From contig OZ243961.1 of the NCBI GenBank assembly GCA_965214605.1, positions 1 to 64,000 of the forward strand: a stretch of 64,000 bases of DNA. Reading direction: 5' to 3'. Each line of letters starts with the position of its first letter. Position 1 is the stretch's first letter. Below are positions 31,391 through 40,771 of the stretch, piece after piece. Position numbers and translations under genes: made by a program. The notes under the pieces are model-generated. The model did not search any database. It saw nothing but the letters and a program-made list of their open reading frames with translations, and was not told the origin of the DNA. The DNA is from an uncultured Candidatus Binatia bacterium. GTDB taxonomy: Bacteria; Desulfobacterota; Binatia; Bin18.

Positions 31391-33454
31391 ATGCGGGTTG
31401 GGTTTGATATCGGCGGGACGTTTACCGATGTGATCGTACTCAAAGATGACGGGCAGATTGACACGGCCAAGGTCTTGTCTCTACTTGACCGGGTTGGCGA
31501 GGACATCGCCGCCCATATTCGTCAGGCAGACGCGTCTGAACAGATCGCGAATTTTGTCCACGGCACAACGATTGCATCCAACGCTGTTATCGAAGGCACG
31601 ACCGCACCGACCGGCTACATCACCACACGCGGCTTTCGCGATGATCTGGAGATGCGGGGCGAACGGCGACCAAATCTCCAAGATCCCAACTGGGTCAGAG
31701 GGCGTCCGCTGGTGCCGCGTCAGCTACGTCTGGAACTGAGCGAACGGATTTTGGGCGACGGAACCGTTGAGCGCTCGCTGGACGCCGAAGAAGCCCGCCG
31801 GGTCATTCGCAGCCTTGCCGCGCATCGGGTGCAGGCCATTGCCGTGTGTCTGATCAATTCCTACCTGAACCCAACCCATGAGCAGGAGGTCGCGCGGCTG
31901 ATTGTCGATGAACTTGGCTCCCGGGCAGTTGTGTGTATTTCGTCCGATATTTATCCCCAGATCCGGGAGTACGAGCGGGCCAGTACAACCGTGATCAACG
32001 CCTCGCTGATTCCGGTCGTTGACCGCTATCTGAATCAACTCGAAGAGCACCTGTCGGCCTATAGCGGTCGGCTGCTGGTGATGCAGTCGAACGGCGGGAT
32101 TATGTCGGCCGACTTGGCTCGGAACAAGCCGGCCTTTATGATCGAATCCGGGCCGGCGGCCGGAGTCTTAGCCGCGGCCCGGCTGGGTAAAGAGAGCGGC
32201 TTGGACAAGGTCTTGTCGTTCGATATGGGCGGAACGACGGCCAAGGCATGTTTGATTGAAGACGGGCTGCCAGCTGAGCGGGCGGCGGGCGAAATTGGTG
32301 GGGCCGCCAACGTCACCACCCATCAGTTCTACAAAGGCGGCCACGCACTGCGCGTTCCCTCGCTCGACATTGTCGAGGTCGGGGCCGGCGGCGGCAGCAT
32401 TGCCTGGATCGACGATAGCGGGGCGCTGCGAGTCGGACCCCACAGCGCCGGGGCCGACCCCGGACCGGTGTGTTATGGACGGGGCGGAAACAGGCCGACG
32501 GTGACGGATGCCAACGTGGTCAACGGCTACATCAACCCCGAGGCGATTGCCAACACGACGCTGCAGATTGACCATCAAGCCGCCTGGCGAGCGATCAAGG
32601 GCCAGATCGCCGATCCGCTGGGACTAGATACTCGTGAGGCGGCCTACGGGATTAGCCAAATTGCCAACTCGGCCATGATGCGGGCCCTCCGAGCGGTCTC
32701 GACTGAACGGGGGCGTGATCCGCGTGATTTTACCTTGGTCTCCTTTGGCGGCTCGGGCCCGGTCCATGCCGCGGCCTTGGCAGATGATATGGAGATCGGT
32801 CGAGTCCTGATCCCGGTCTTTCCCGGTGTGTTCAGCGCCCTGGGACTGTTGCTGGCCGACTACCGTCATGACTATATCCGGAGCGTTGTGACGCCGATCG
32901 ACGAGATACCGCCCGAGCGTATTCAGGAGCTGTACGCAGACATGCAGGGCGAGGCCCGAGATCTGATGCAGGCCGAGGGCATTGACAGTGAGCTGATTCG
33001 CTTTGAGCCCTATGTTGATATGAAATATGATTATCAACTCCAAGACCTCAGCATTCCGTGTTCCACTAGCGCTCACATCGGAGACCTGCCGGCCAAACTC
33101 GCTCACGACTTCCAGACGGCCCATGAACAGGCGTTTGGCTATACCACCGGCGATCCGATCGAGCTGGTGAGCCTCCGCCTCCGCGCCTTAGCCACTATTG
33201 GCGATATCCGCTTTCGAGACCTGGGGAGCCGGATTGACGCTGTGCCTTGTCCGCTTCCTCAAGAGTCCCGGCCGGCCTTCTTCGGGCCCCGCCACGGTCT
33301 GCGACAGACGACCGTGTGTAGCCGCAGCACTATCGCTCACCCTCAGCCCGGGCCACTCATTGTTGAGGAGCCTGACACGACCGTCCTGGTTCCGCCGGAC
33401 TGGGAGATCAGCCGCGATGTGTTCGGTAGCTTGGTGCTGACCAAGGCCGCATAA
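31391..33454 (+). CDS. hydantoinase A/oxoprolinase ATPase subunit
   Basis: DIGGTFTD, HGTT, SGPAAG, DMGGTT, GAGGGS. Confidence 0.93.
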   Translation: MRVGFDIGGTFTDVIVLKDDGQIDTAKVLSLLDRVGEDIAAHIRQADASEQIANFVHGTTIASNAVIEGTTAPTGYITTRGFRDDLEMRGERRPNLQDPNWVRGRPLVPRQLRLELSERILGDGTVERSLDAEEARRVIRSLAAHRVQAIAVCLINSYLNPTHEQEVARLIVDELGSRAVVCISSDIYPQIREYERASTTVINASLIPVVDRYLNQLEEHLSAYSGRLLVMQSNGGIMSADLARNKPAFMIESGPAAGVLAAARLGKESGLDKVLSFDMGGTTAKACLIEDGLPAERAAGEIGGAANVTTHQFYKGGHALRVPSLDIVEVGAGGGSIAWIDDSGALRVGPHSAGADPGPVCYGRGGNRPTVTDANVVNGYINPEAIANTTLQIDHQAAWRAIKGQIADPLGLDTREAAYGISQIANSAMMRALRAVSTERGRDPRDFTLVSFGGSGPVHAAALADDMEIGRVLIPVFPGVFSALGLLLADYRHDYIRSVVTPIDEIPPERIQELYADMQGEARDLMQAEGIDSELIRFEPYVDMKYDYQLQDLSIPCSTSAHIGDLPAKLAHDFQTAHEQAFGYTTGDPIELVSLRLRALATIGDIRFRDLGSRIDAVPCPLPQESRPAFFGPRHGLRQTTVCSRSTIAHPQPGPLIVEEPDTTVLVPPDWEISRDVFGSLVLTKAA

Positions 33455-33492
33455 GAGGCGAGCGCATAACCACAGTCGGCTGTGAAGGAGAA

Positions 33493-35463
33493 ATGCCAAT
33501 GTCTGAGACGCCTGGAATGGATCCAGCTCTGTCCTCTAACACCATGGCCCCGAGTCTCGTGCCGCCGCATCCCCTGCATCCCCCGACACGGGCTGAGATT
33601 GAACGTGGCGTGAGGATTCTGTCCGAGTCGGGGGCGTGTCAGGGGCGTATTGCCTTTTCCAGCGTGAGTTTGCTTGAACCGCCCAAAGAAGCGGTCAAGA
33701 ACTTTACACCAGGGAAGCCGATCACGCGTATCCTGCGTTTTCTGGGAGTAGATGAGCGTGCTGAGGAGAGCAGCTTTGACGCGCGGCTGAATATCAGTAG
33801 CGGCGAGCTGCTCGAAGTCCGGCGCCAAGCCGGCGTGCAGGCACCGCTCAGCGGCAGAGACTTTATCCGGGCGATAAAGATAACCAAGGCTCATCCCGCC
33901 TGGCAGCAGGCCGTCCGCAGACGCGGGATTGAGGATTTTGATCGGGTGCAGATCGACATGTGGCCGGCCAGCGGTCCAGCCATAAACGGGGTCGACTCCG
34001 GCCATCGCCTCGTCCGCACGATTGCCTTTGCGCGGCAGGACAAAACCGATAACGGTTACGCTCGACCGCTGCACGGCATTATTGCCTACCTCGATCTTAC
34101 CGAAGGCCGCGTGGTGCATGTCGAAGACCACGGGGTGAGGCCGATTCCGCCCGAGAGCGGACGCTATGAGCCAGAGCACCAGGCCGCGCTCCGCACCGAC
34201 CTCAAACCACTCGACATCAGCCAGCCGGAGGGGCCGAGTTTTCGCATTGATGGCTATGCTGTGAGCTGGCAGAAGTGGTCTTTTCGGGTGACTATGCATC
34301 CGCAGCACGGTCTCGTGTTACACGAGCTGTGTTATGAGGACGGGGGGCAGAGACGATCTATTCTGTACCGGGCCGCGCTGGCCGACATGGTAGTGCCGTA
34401 TGGCGACAGTGACCCGATGCATTCCTGGAAACATGTCCTCGACGCCAGCGAGACCTCGATTGGGAATCTGGCCAACTCGCTCAAGCTCGGCTGCGACTGT
34501 CTCGGGGAGATTCATTACCTGGACATCAACACGATCGCCCACGACGGATCGGCCATGACGGTCGAGAACGCGATCTGCATACACGAAGAGGACTACGGGG
34601 TGTTGTGGAAGCACATGGATATCCACTCCGCCCCTACTTTCCATACCGAGGTCCGTCGTTCGCGGCGGCTGGTGGTGAGTTCTTTCTTCACGGTTGGGAA
34701 CTACGAGTACGGCTTCTACTGGTATCTGTACCTGGACGGGACGATTCAGATGGAGATCAAACTGACCGGGATCGTTGGCGTGAGTGCGGTTGAGACCGGT
34801 ACCGAGAGGCCCGAGTTTGCGCCGCTGATTGCGCCAAACCTGGCTTCCCCCATCCATCAACACCTCTTCTGCTTTCGGCTCGACTTTGACCTCGACGGAG
34901 AGAACAATACGGTGTACGAGGTTGATGTGGAGCCACTGCTGCCCGGACCGGACAATCCGCACGGAACGCAGTTTCGTGCCCAGAGTACTCTCCTGCGGTC
35001 GGAGACCGAAGCGCGCCGAGACAGCGCACCGCACAAAAGTCGGAGTTGGCAAGTGGTGAATCCGCAGCGTCTGAACCGACTGGGCGTCCCGGTTGCCTAT
35101 AAACTGCTTGCCGGGGCAACCCCAACCCTGTTTGCTGACAAGGACTCATACGTCGGACGACGGGCCGGATTTGCCCAGCATAACCTGTGGGTCACCGCGT
35201 TCGATGCCGAGGAGCTGAGTGCGGCCGGTGATATGAGCCTGCAAAGCCCGGGCGGGGGCGGGCTGCTGGCCTATTCACGCGGACGCGATATTGAGAATAC
35301 GGATCTCGTAGTATGGCACACGTTCGGGGTAACCCATGTTCCCCGTCCCGAAGATTGGCCGGTGATGCCGGTTGAGTACAGTGGCTTTAGCCTGATACCG
35401 GTTGGATTTTTTGAACGCAATCCGGCCCTTGATCTGCCACCGAGCCTGCAGCACTGTTCGTGA
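33493..35463 (+). CDS. copper-containing primary amine oxidase
   Basis: TVGNYEY TPQ motif, HQH copper ligands, H.PRPEDWPVMP. Confidence 0.93.
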   Translation: MPMSETPGMDPALSSNTMAPSLVPPHPLHPPTRAEIERGVRILSESGACQGRIAFSSVSLLEPPKEAVKNFTPGKPITRILRFLGVDERAEESSFDARLNISSGELLEVRRQAGVQAPLSGRDFIRAIKITKAHPAWQQAVRRRGIEDFDRVQIDMWPASGPAINGVDSGHRLVRTIAFARQDKTDNGYARPLHGIIAYLDLTEGRVVHVEDHGVRPIPPESGRYEPEHQAALRTDLKPLDISQPEGPSFRIDGYAVSWQKWSFRVTMHPQHGLVLHELCYEDGGQRRSILYRAALADMVVPYGDSDPMHSWKHVLDASETSIGNLANSLKLGCDCLGEIHYLDINTIAHDGSAMTVENAICIHEEDYGVLWKHMDIHSAPTFHTEVRRSRRLVVSSFFTVGNYEYGFYWYLYLDGTIQMEIKLTGIVGVSAVETGTERPEFAPLIAPNLASPIHQHLFCFRLDFDLDGENNTVYEVDVEPLLPGPDNPHGTQFRAQSTLLRSETEARRDSAPHKSRSWQVVNPQRLNRLGVPVAYKLLAGATPTLFADKDSYVGRRAGFAQHNLWVTAFDAEELSAAGDMSLQSPGGGGLLAYSRGRDIENTDLVVWHTFGVTHVPRPEDWPVMPVEYSGFSLIPVGFFERNPALDLPPSLQHCS

Positions 35464-35482
35464 CAGGGGAGCGTCCCGTTTC

Positions 35483-36682
35483 TTAGGCCGCGCACGAAGC
35501 CGCTAGGCTTGACAGGGCGACCCGACGGCGGCCCTCACGCAGGGCATTGCGGTCAAACCCGTTGGTCAGATAGCCGAATGAGATGCCGGTGGCCGGATCC
35601 GCCCAGCCGCTCTGCCCACCAAAGCCTGGATGACCAAAGGCTTCGGCCGAGTTGGTTTTACCAAAGGCGCGCAGGTTGGCCTTGCCGTCTCCGCCGGCTA
35701 TGGCAATGCCCAAGGCGCGTAGGGCGCGGTGACCCAGAAAAGGGTCTCTCAGATCACCGGTGCGCGGACGGCGTGCCTCTTTGAGCATCTCGGGTTGCCA
35801 GATCTGTGTGCCATCATACGCCCGACCGTCGTTGAGCAGGGCCTGATAAAACAGGGCGATATCACCGGCGGTGGTGATACAGCCGGCCGACGGCGAGCCG
35901 GCCTGGCGGGTGAGAGGCTCGTTGAGTTCGAGTACGCCGTCCTCACTAATAGCGCTCGTCGTCTTGCCAAAACCTTTGAGCCCCATTTTTTCGTACTCTT
36001 CGGGGCTCAGATCTTGACCAACCCACACGCCGTCGGCGACCTGCTCGTTGCCCGAGGGGGGAAGTCCGAGTCGGAGCTCTGGCAGCCCCAACGGTTCGGC
36101 GATTCGCGTTCGTACAAAGTCGCTCAGACTCTGGCCGCTCTGTTTTTCGATAACAGCGGCAACCGCCCAGAAATTGGACGAAATATGGTACTCAAATTTT
36201 TCCCCCGGCGTATGGCTGAGCCGCCACTGGGCAAAGCGATCTGAGCGCCGCTGGGAATCGGCCCATTCTTTCTGCCAGTGCGGGGCATAGGGAATGCCCG
36301 AGGTATGGACGAGGCAGTGCTCGACGGTCACCGCGTCTTTGCCGTTCGTGCCAAATTCCGGAATATAATCGGCGATACGATCGTCAATACGCAGCTTGCC
36401 CTCCTGCATCATGATCCAGGACGCGGCCGCGGTCAGCGCCTTGGTCGAAGACATGATGACAAAATGGGTGTCATTGGTCGCCGGCTTCTCGGTGCCGCCT
36501 TGAACTCCCGTGCCAAAGGTCTGCATTGCACCGATCTTGCCGTGGCGGGCAATAGCGACCTGGGTGGCCGGCAGTAAGCCTTCTTTGACCTCGCGTTCGG
36601 CCCGGTCGAACAAGGCCTGGACCTTCTCTGGATCAAGGCCGACTTCCTGAAGATCATTGGCAAAAAAATGTGCTGCTGGCAT
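35483..36682 (-). CDS. serine hydrolase (beta-lactamase-like)
   Basis: SSTK (SxxK), HTSG, EYH, FGHPG. Confidence 0.88.
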   Translation of the reverse strand: MPAAHFFANDLQEVGLDPEKVQALFDRAEREVKEGLLPATQVAIARHGKIGAMQTFGTGVQGGTEKPATNDTHFVIMSSTKALTAAASWIMMQEGKLRIDDRIADYIPEFGTNGKDAVTVEHCLVHTSGIPYAPHWQKEWADSQRRSDRFAQWRLSHTPGEKFEYHISSNFWAVAAVIEKQSGQSLSDFVRTRIAEPLGLPELRLGLPPSGNEQVADGVWVGQDLSPEEYEKMGLKGFGKTTSAISEDGVLELNEPLTRQAGSPSAGCITTAGDIALFYQALLNDGRAYDGTQIWQPEMLKEARRPRTGDLRDPFLGHRALRALGIAIAGGDGKANLRAFGKTNSAEAFGHPGFGGQSGWADPATGISFGYLTNGFDRNALREGRRRVALSSLAASCAA

Positions 36683-36798
36683 CTGATGTCCCTCCTTTTG
36701 TCTGTTCCCGGAATTGTACCCGGAAGAGGCTCAATAAAAAAGAAGCTGGTCAACTTCAGCAGCTTCCGCCACACACCAAAGCCCGAGAAAAGGGGGGC

Positions 36799-37164
36799 TC
36801 AGAGGTGTCTAGGAGTACCGTCCGGCAGAAACCAGGGCTTCATAAGAGCTTCGTCAGGCCACAGGAACTCGAAACCGGCGTCAAGGGCGTACTTTTTGTC
36901 GAGGTCTTCTCTATCGCCAATATGATAGTACACCTCCGCCTCGAACTTCGCCTTGACGTCGGGCAGCATCATCTTCCCCACGGCAAAGTCTACCGGGATG
37001 TGATGCCGCTCCCAGATGGCTCGCTGGGCGCTGATGGGACGGTCGGAACAGCTGCCAATCAAAAATCCCTTCTGTTGGGCTCTTCTGACCATATCCATAG
37101 TCAGGACTCCGGGAGGATCACCGACCTCTAGGGTCCCGTCTATGTCAAAACTTATCAGTATCAT
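36799..37164 (-). CDS. small HAD-family hydrolase
   Basis: FDIDGTL and IGD...D motifs. Confidence 0.8.
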   Translation of the reverse strand: MILISFDIDGTLEVGDPPGVLTMDMVRRAQQKGFLIGSCSDRPISAQRAIWERHHIPVDFAVGKMMLPDVKAKFEAEVYYHIGDREDLDKKYALDAGFEFLWPDEALMKPWFLPDGTPRHL

Positions 37165-37186
37165 CAAGCAGTTTCCTCCTTAGGTT

Positions 37187-38509
37187 TTAGTCAGGAGCGG
37201 CACTCCACACGGTAAAATTGCCGCCCAAGGGCATGGGCCCACCGGAGACCGCGATCTCAGGCTTGACCCCCGTGACCTGTCGGGCCCCCGCCCGTCCCTG
37301 CAACTGCTGGATGCAGTCGGTGTGCATCCAGAAACGGCTGCGGCCACTCCCGATGTTCCCACCGCTGGGTAAAACAGGGTTCGGCCCCTCAATACTGATA
37401 TCTGTCTGGTAAAAGTCTAGAGCCTCTCCAAATTTAATCCCGCGGTAGCCGAGGCCCTCGAGGTGGAACTGGTGGAACTGGGCGAAGCCATCATACATGT
37501 TTTCAAAGGACAGGTCGGCGGCGGTGATCCCGGCGCCCTCATAGAGCTTTCTGGCCGTCCTGGCGGTGTCCTCCTCAACCTCCTCTAGGGTTGGGGTAAG
37601 ACTCCTGGGCGTAGTCCTGCTCGACGTGTGGTTGAGGATGTAGACGGGTTTCTGCCTCATGTCCTTGGCCCGTTCAGGATTGGTGAACAGGTAGGCCGCG
37701 GCGACCATGATCGGGATGTCGTTATCGAACAGGTTCGCTGGCTTGGCGATCCACCGTGCGGCTCGGTAGTCCTCTGCCGTCAACTGTTCAGGTCGGTGCT
37801 GAGCCCAATATCCCTCCGGGAACAGTAGGCCGTTCCTTCTGGAGTTCGAGATAAAGGGGGCCATCATGTCGTGAGTTTTGCCGTACTTGCGACAGTACTC
37901 GGCGAACTGGAGGGCTGTTCCGTAGCAAGCCGGAGCTCCCCACAGACGGCTGAGGGCGCTCGTCCCGGAAAGGGAGTCCTGCGCGTTGGACCCGCCCTGG
38001 TAGTAGCGGCCTTCGAGGTTATGCCAGCCCTTGAGCACGAGGCAGGTGTGGGTGAGGCCAGCACCCACGGCTTGGGCAGCAACGACGATAGCGTTGGACA
38101 TGCATCCCGGAGCGTGCATAGTGAACTTGACATGTGTCAGCTCCGGCATGTTCTTCAAGAGCCACTCAGCACTCAACTTGGCGATACCGTCCAAGGGATG
38201 GTCCGTGGGGGTGAAGGCGGTGACGACATCTGTTGGGATGGGTCTGCCTTTTGGCCAGTACGCTCCCGTCGTGGTCTCAGGGACGACAACCAAACCGTCG
38301 ATCTGGTCCGGCGAGACGCCCGCGTCCTGGACCGCTTTCCTCAGCGCCTGGAGGCTCCAGGCCCCTACACAGGTATCGGGTTTGCCGTCCCAGCGCCGGG
38401 CCGTCGGAGAGTGCCCGACTCCGACGGCCGCAACCTTCCCCCTGTGTTCCCATAGCCCCAATCCCTCTGTGGTTCGATACATGGAAGCTGGAGGATTCTG
38501 GGTACTCAT
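37187..38509 (-). CDS. non-canonical thiolase-like protein (Ltp2/SCP2-like)
   Basis: YDGF, GG.IGSG, QQLQGRAGARQV; coupled to a DUF35 gene. Confidence 0.8.
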   Translation of the reverse strand: MSTQNPPASMYRTTEGLGLWEHRGKVAAVGVGHSPTARRWDGKPDTCVGAWSLQALRKAVQDAGVSPDQIDGLVVVPETTTGAYWPKGRPIPTDVVTAFTPTDHPLDGIAKLSAEWLLKNMPELTHVKFTMHAPGCMSNAIVVAAQAVGAGLTHTCLVLKGWHNLEGRYYQGGSNAQDSLSGTSALSRLWGAPACYGTALQFAEYCRKYGKTHDMMAPFISNSRRNGLLFPEGYWAQHRPEQLTAEDYRAARWIAKPANLFDNDIPIMVAAAYLFTNPERAKDMRQKPVYILNHTSSRTTPRSLTPTLEEVEEDTARTARKLYEGAGITAADLSFENMYDGFAQFHQFHLEGLGYRGIKFGEALDFYQTDISIEGPNPVLPSGGNIGSGRSRFWMHTDCIQQLQGRAGARQVTGVKPEIAVSGGPMPLGGNFTVWSAAPD

Positions 38510-38928
38510 GCTTCATTCCTTTCTACGACACGCCACTCGGGAACCTTTTGGCCGTTTGGGGTCACCTCGAACACCACCTCGACACGAGCTCCGACCGGGA
38601 CCTCATCAACTGGAGTTCCAGGGAGGTGGGAGTACATCTGGATGCCTGGGTCCTCGTCCAACATAATGACGGCAACGTTGAACGGTTGATCCTCCTGAAG
38701 CAGCCTGATCGGGCAGTCGTACACCACCCCGTAGTTGTAGATTTTGCCCCGTCCACTCATCTCCTTCCATTCCAGAGTGTCCCCTGACCGACATTGACGA
38801 CATGTCGGCCCCGGCGGATGCTGAAGCCGGCTACAGGCTTGACAGTTCTGGATGACTAGCCGCCCTTGGTTGGCAGCGTCCCAGAAGGGCTGGGTCAACT
38901 CATCGGGCACCACACCCTGCTTTGGCAT
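38506..38928 (-). CDS. DUF35 Zn-ribbon/OB-fold protein
   Basis: PFWDAA..GRLVIQNCQAC...CRQC...SGRG. Confidence 0.9.
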   Translation of the reverse strand: MPKQGVVPDELTQPFWDAANQGRLVIQNCQACSRLQHPPGPTCRQCRSGDTLEWKEMSGRGKIYNYGVVYDCPIRLLQEDQPFNVAVIMLDEDPGIQMYSHLPGTPVDEVPVGARVEVVFEVTPNGQKVPEWRVVERNEA

Positions 38929-39141
38929 ATCTCTCCTCCATGTGGTCAGATGGCCTTCTCACTGCCCGCGACTCTAGCCCAAGGGCTTGTCCATAAGCAA
39001 GACGCACCACGCTTTAGGAAGCGGTGAAGACCCCCTCGAGACCTCTGTCAGAATCCAGACAGCATTGAACTTGCTAGGCCTGCCTCGGGGTAGTACGGTG
39101 TCATCTAATCCTGCACGGCCTGAAACACAAAGGAGGAAGCT

Positions 39142-40374
39142 ATGAGCGTGACCGCTGGACAGCATGACGTGACGCGGCCGGCGTCCCCACTGGACTTTTT
39201 GATTATTGATGCAGATCATCACTACTATGAGCCGGATGACTGTTTTACGCGACACATAGAGTCGGCGTATGCCGATCGGGTGGTCAACATTCGCCGTGGC
39301 GACGCCCAGTTCGGACGGGTCTATATCGGTGACAAACGCATACGATTTTTCAGCATTATTCCTGGTGACCACACCGGTGTGCCGGGAGCGCTTCAGGACT
39401 ACCTGAAGGACCACGCCGGTGAGGGCAACTCGCTTGTCCACGACGAGACTCTCTCCGCCCAGGATTTTCCCGAGGCCATGGACCGACCAACCCGGTTGAA
39501 AAAGATGGACGCCCAGGGTGTGGAGGCGGCGATTATGCTCCCCACTCTTGGTGTTGGGGTGGCGCACGAGTTACGCCACGATCCGCCGGCTCTGTTTGCG
39601 AATCTGCGGGCGTTTAACCGTTGGTTGCAGGAGGACTGGGGTTTTGGCACCCAGGGCCGCATCTATAGCCTCCCCATGCTGTCGCTAGTCGATATCGACT
39701 TGGCCGTGGCCGAACTCGACCGGGTCCTCGCCGAGGGAGCGCGTAGTGTGAATCTCACCCCGGGTCCGGTCAACGGCCACTCGCCAGCCGATCCGCTGTT
39801 CGATCCGTTTTGGGCGCGCTGCCAAGAGGCCGGTATTCCGGTGGTGTTCCACCTCGGCAACGATGGTCTGACCGAGTTGTACTCGGCGCAGTGGGGCGAG
39901 AATCCAACGCCGCCCAGCCACCGTTTGACCCCGTTCCAGCGCGTCGCGGCCTCGACCGAGCGGGCGACGGCCGATACACTGGGTGCTCTCGTGTTTCACA
40001 ACCTCTTTGGCCGATTTCCCCGCCTCCAGGTAGTCAGCATTGAGAACGGTGCGGGCTGGGTTGCACCCTTGCTGCGCGAGATGGATCACGTCGCACGCCT
40101 GTGTGGTCCACGCGACTGGACGTATGGGTACTGTCCGGGGCGACCCAGCGAGATTTTTAAACAGCACGTTAAGATCTCGCCGTTCCCCGAAGAAAATATT
40201 CCTGCCCTTGTCGACCTGCTGGGAGCCGAAAATGTGCTGGCGGGCTCCGACTGGCCGCATCCCGAGGGCTGCGCGGAACCAATTGATTATTTGGACGGAC
40301 TCTCAGGCTTATCTCCCGATGCGGTCCGGGCGGTTATGCGTGACAACACCGCTAAGCTGCTGAACTTGGCCTAA
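39142..40374 (+). CDS. amidohydrolase family protein (Amidohydro_2)
   Basis: DADHHYYE and GSDWPHPEG motifs. Confidence 0.9.
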   Translation: MSVTAGQHDVTRPASPLDFLIIDADHHYYEPDDCFTRHIESAYADRVVNIRRGDAQFGRVYIGDKRIRFFSIIPGDHTGVPGALQDYLKDHAGEGNSLVHDETLSAQDFPEAMDRPTRLKKMDAQGVEAAIMLPTLGVGVAHELRHDPPALFANLRAFNRWLQEDWGFGTQGRIYSLPMLSLVDIDLAVAELDRVLAEGARSVNLTPGPVNGHSPADPLFDPFWARCQEAGIPVVFHLGNDGLTELYSAQWGENPTPPSHRLTPFQRVAASTERATADTLGALVFHNLFGRFPRLQVVSIENGAGWVAPLLREMDHVARLCGPRDWTYGYCPGRPSEIFKQHVKISPFPEENIPALVDLLGAENVLAGSDWPHPEGCAEPIDYLDGLSGLSPDAVRAVMRDNTAKLLNLA

Positions 40375-40771
40375 CGCGCCTTGGTCTGAAGGTCGGTAGA
40401 GGGAGTCGAGCGGCGGCCTGTGGACAGCTGAGGACCGTAGACGGGGCGGCGTTTGTCCGGTCGCCCAAGTCGGTTCAAATCTCTCGTCCGGCCGGGGCCC
40501 CTGATCCACGTCCAGCTGTCGAGATCTGAGGCTGCAGGGCAGTGGCTATAGTGGGTTTGGGCAGTCGTATTCCGGTCCTTCTTTTGCAAAGAGTCTGCCG
40601 CAGGCCGAGGGAGCACGGCAGAAGAGCGGTTCTGTTCGAAGCGTTTCTGAAAGCTGCCCGCCAAAGGTAAGTGAGAGGGGGCTCGTTAATGGTTTGGGGT
40701 GCCGGGCAGAAGGGGACGGAAAAGGCGGCCCGCAGGGGATGCGGGCCGGCTAAGACTGAGGTGGAGTGGGA

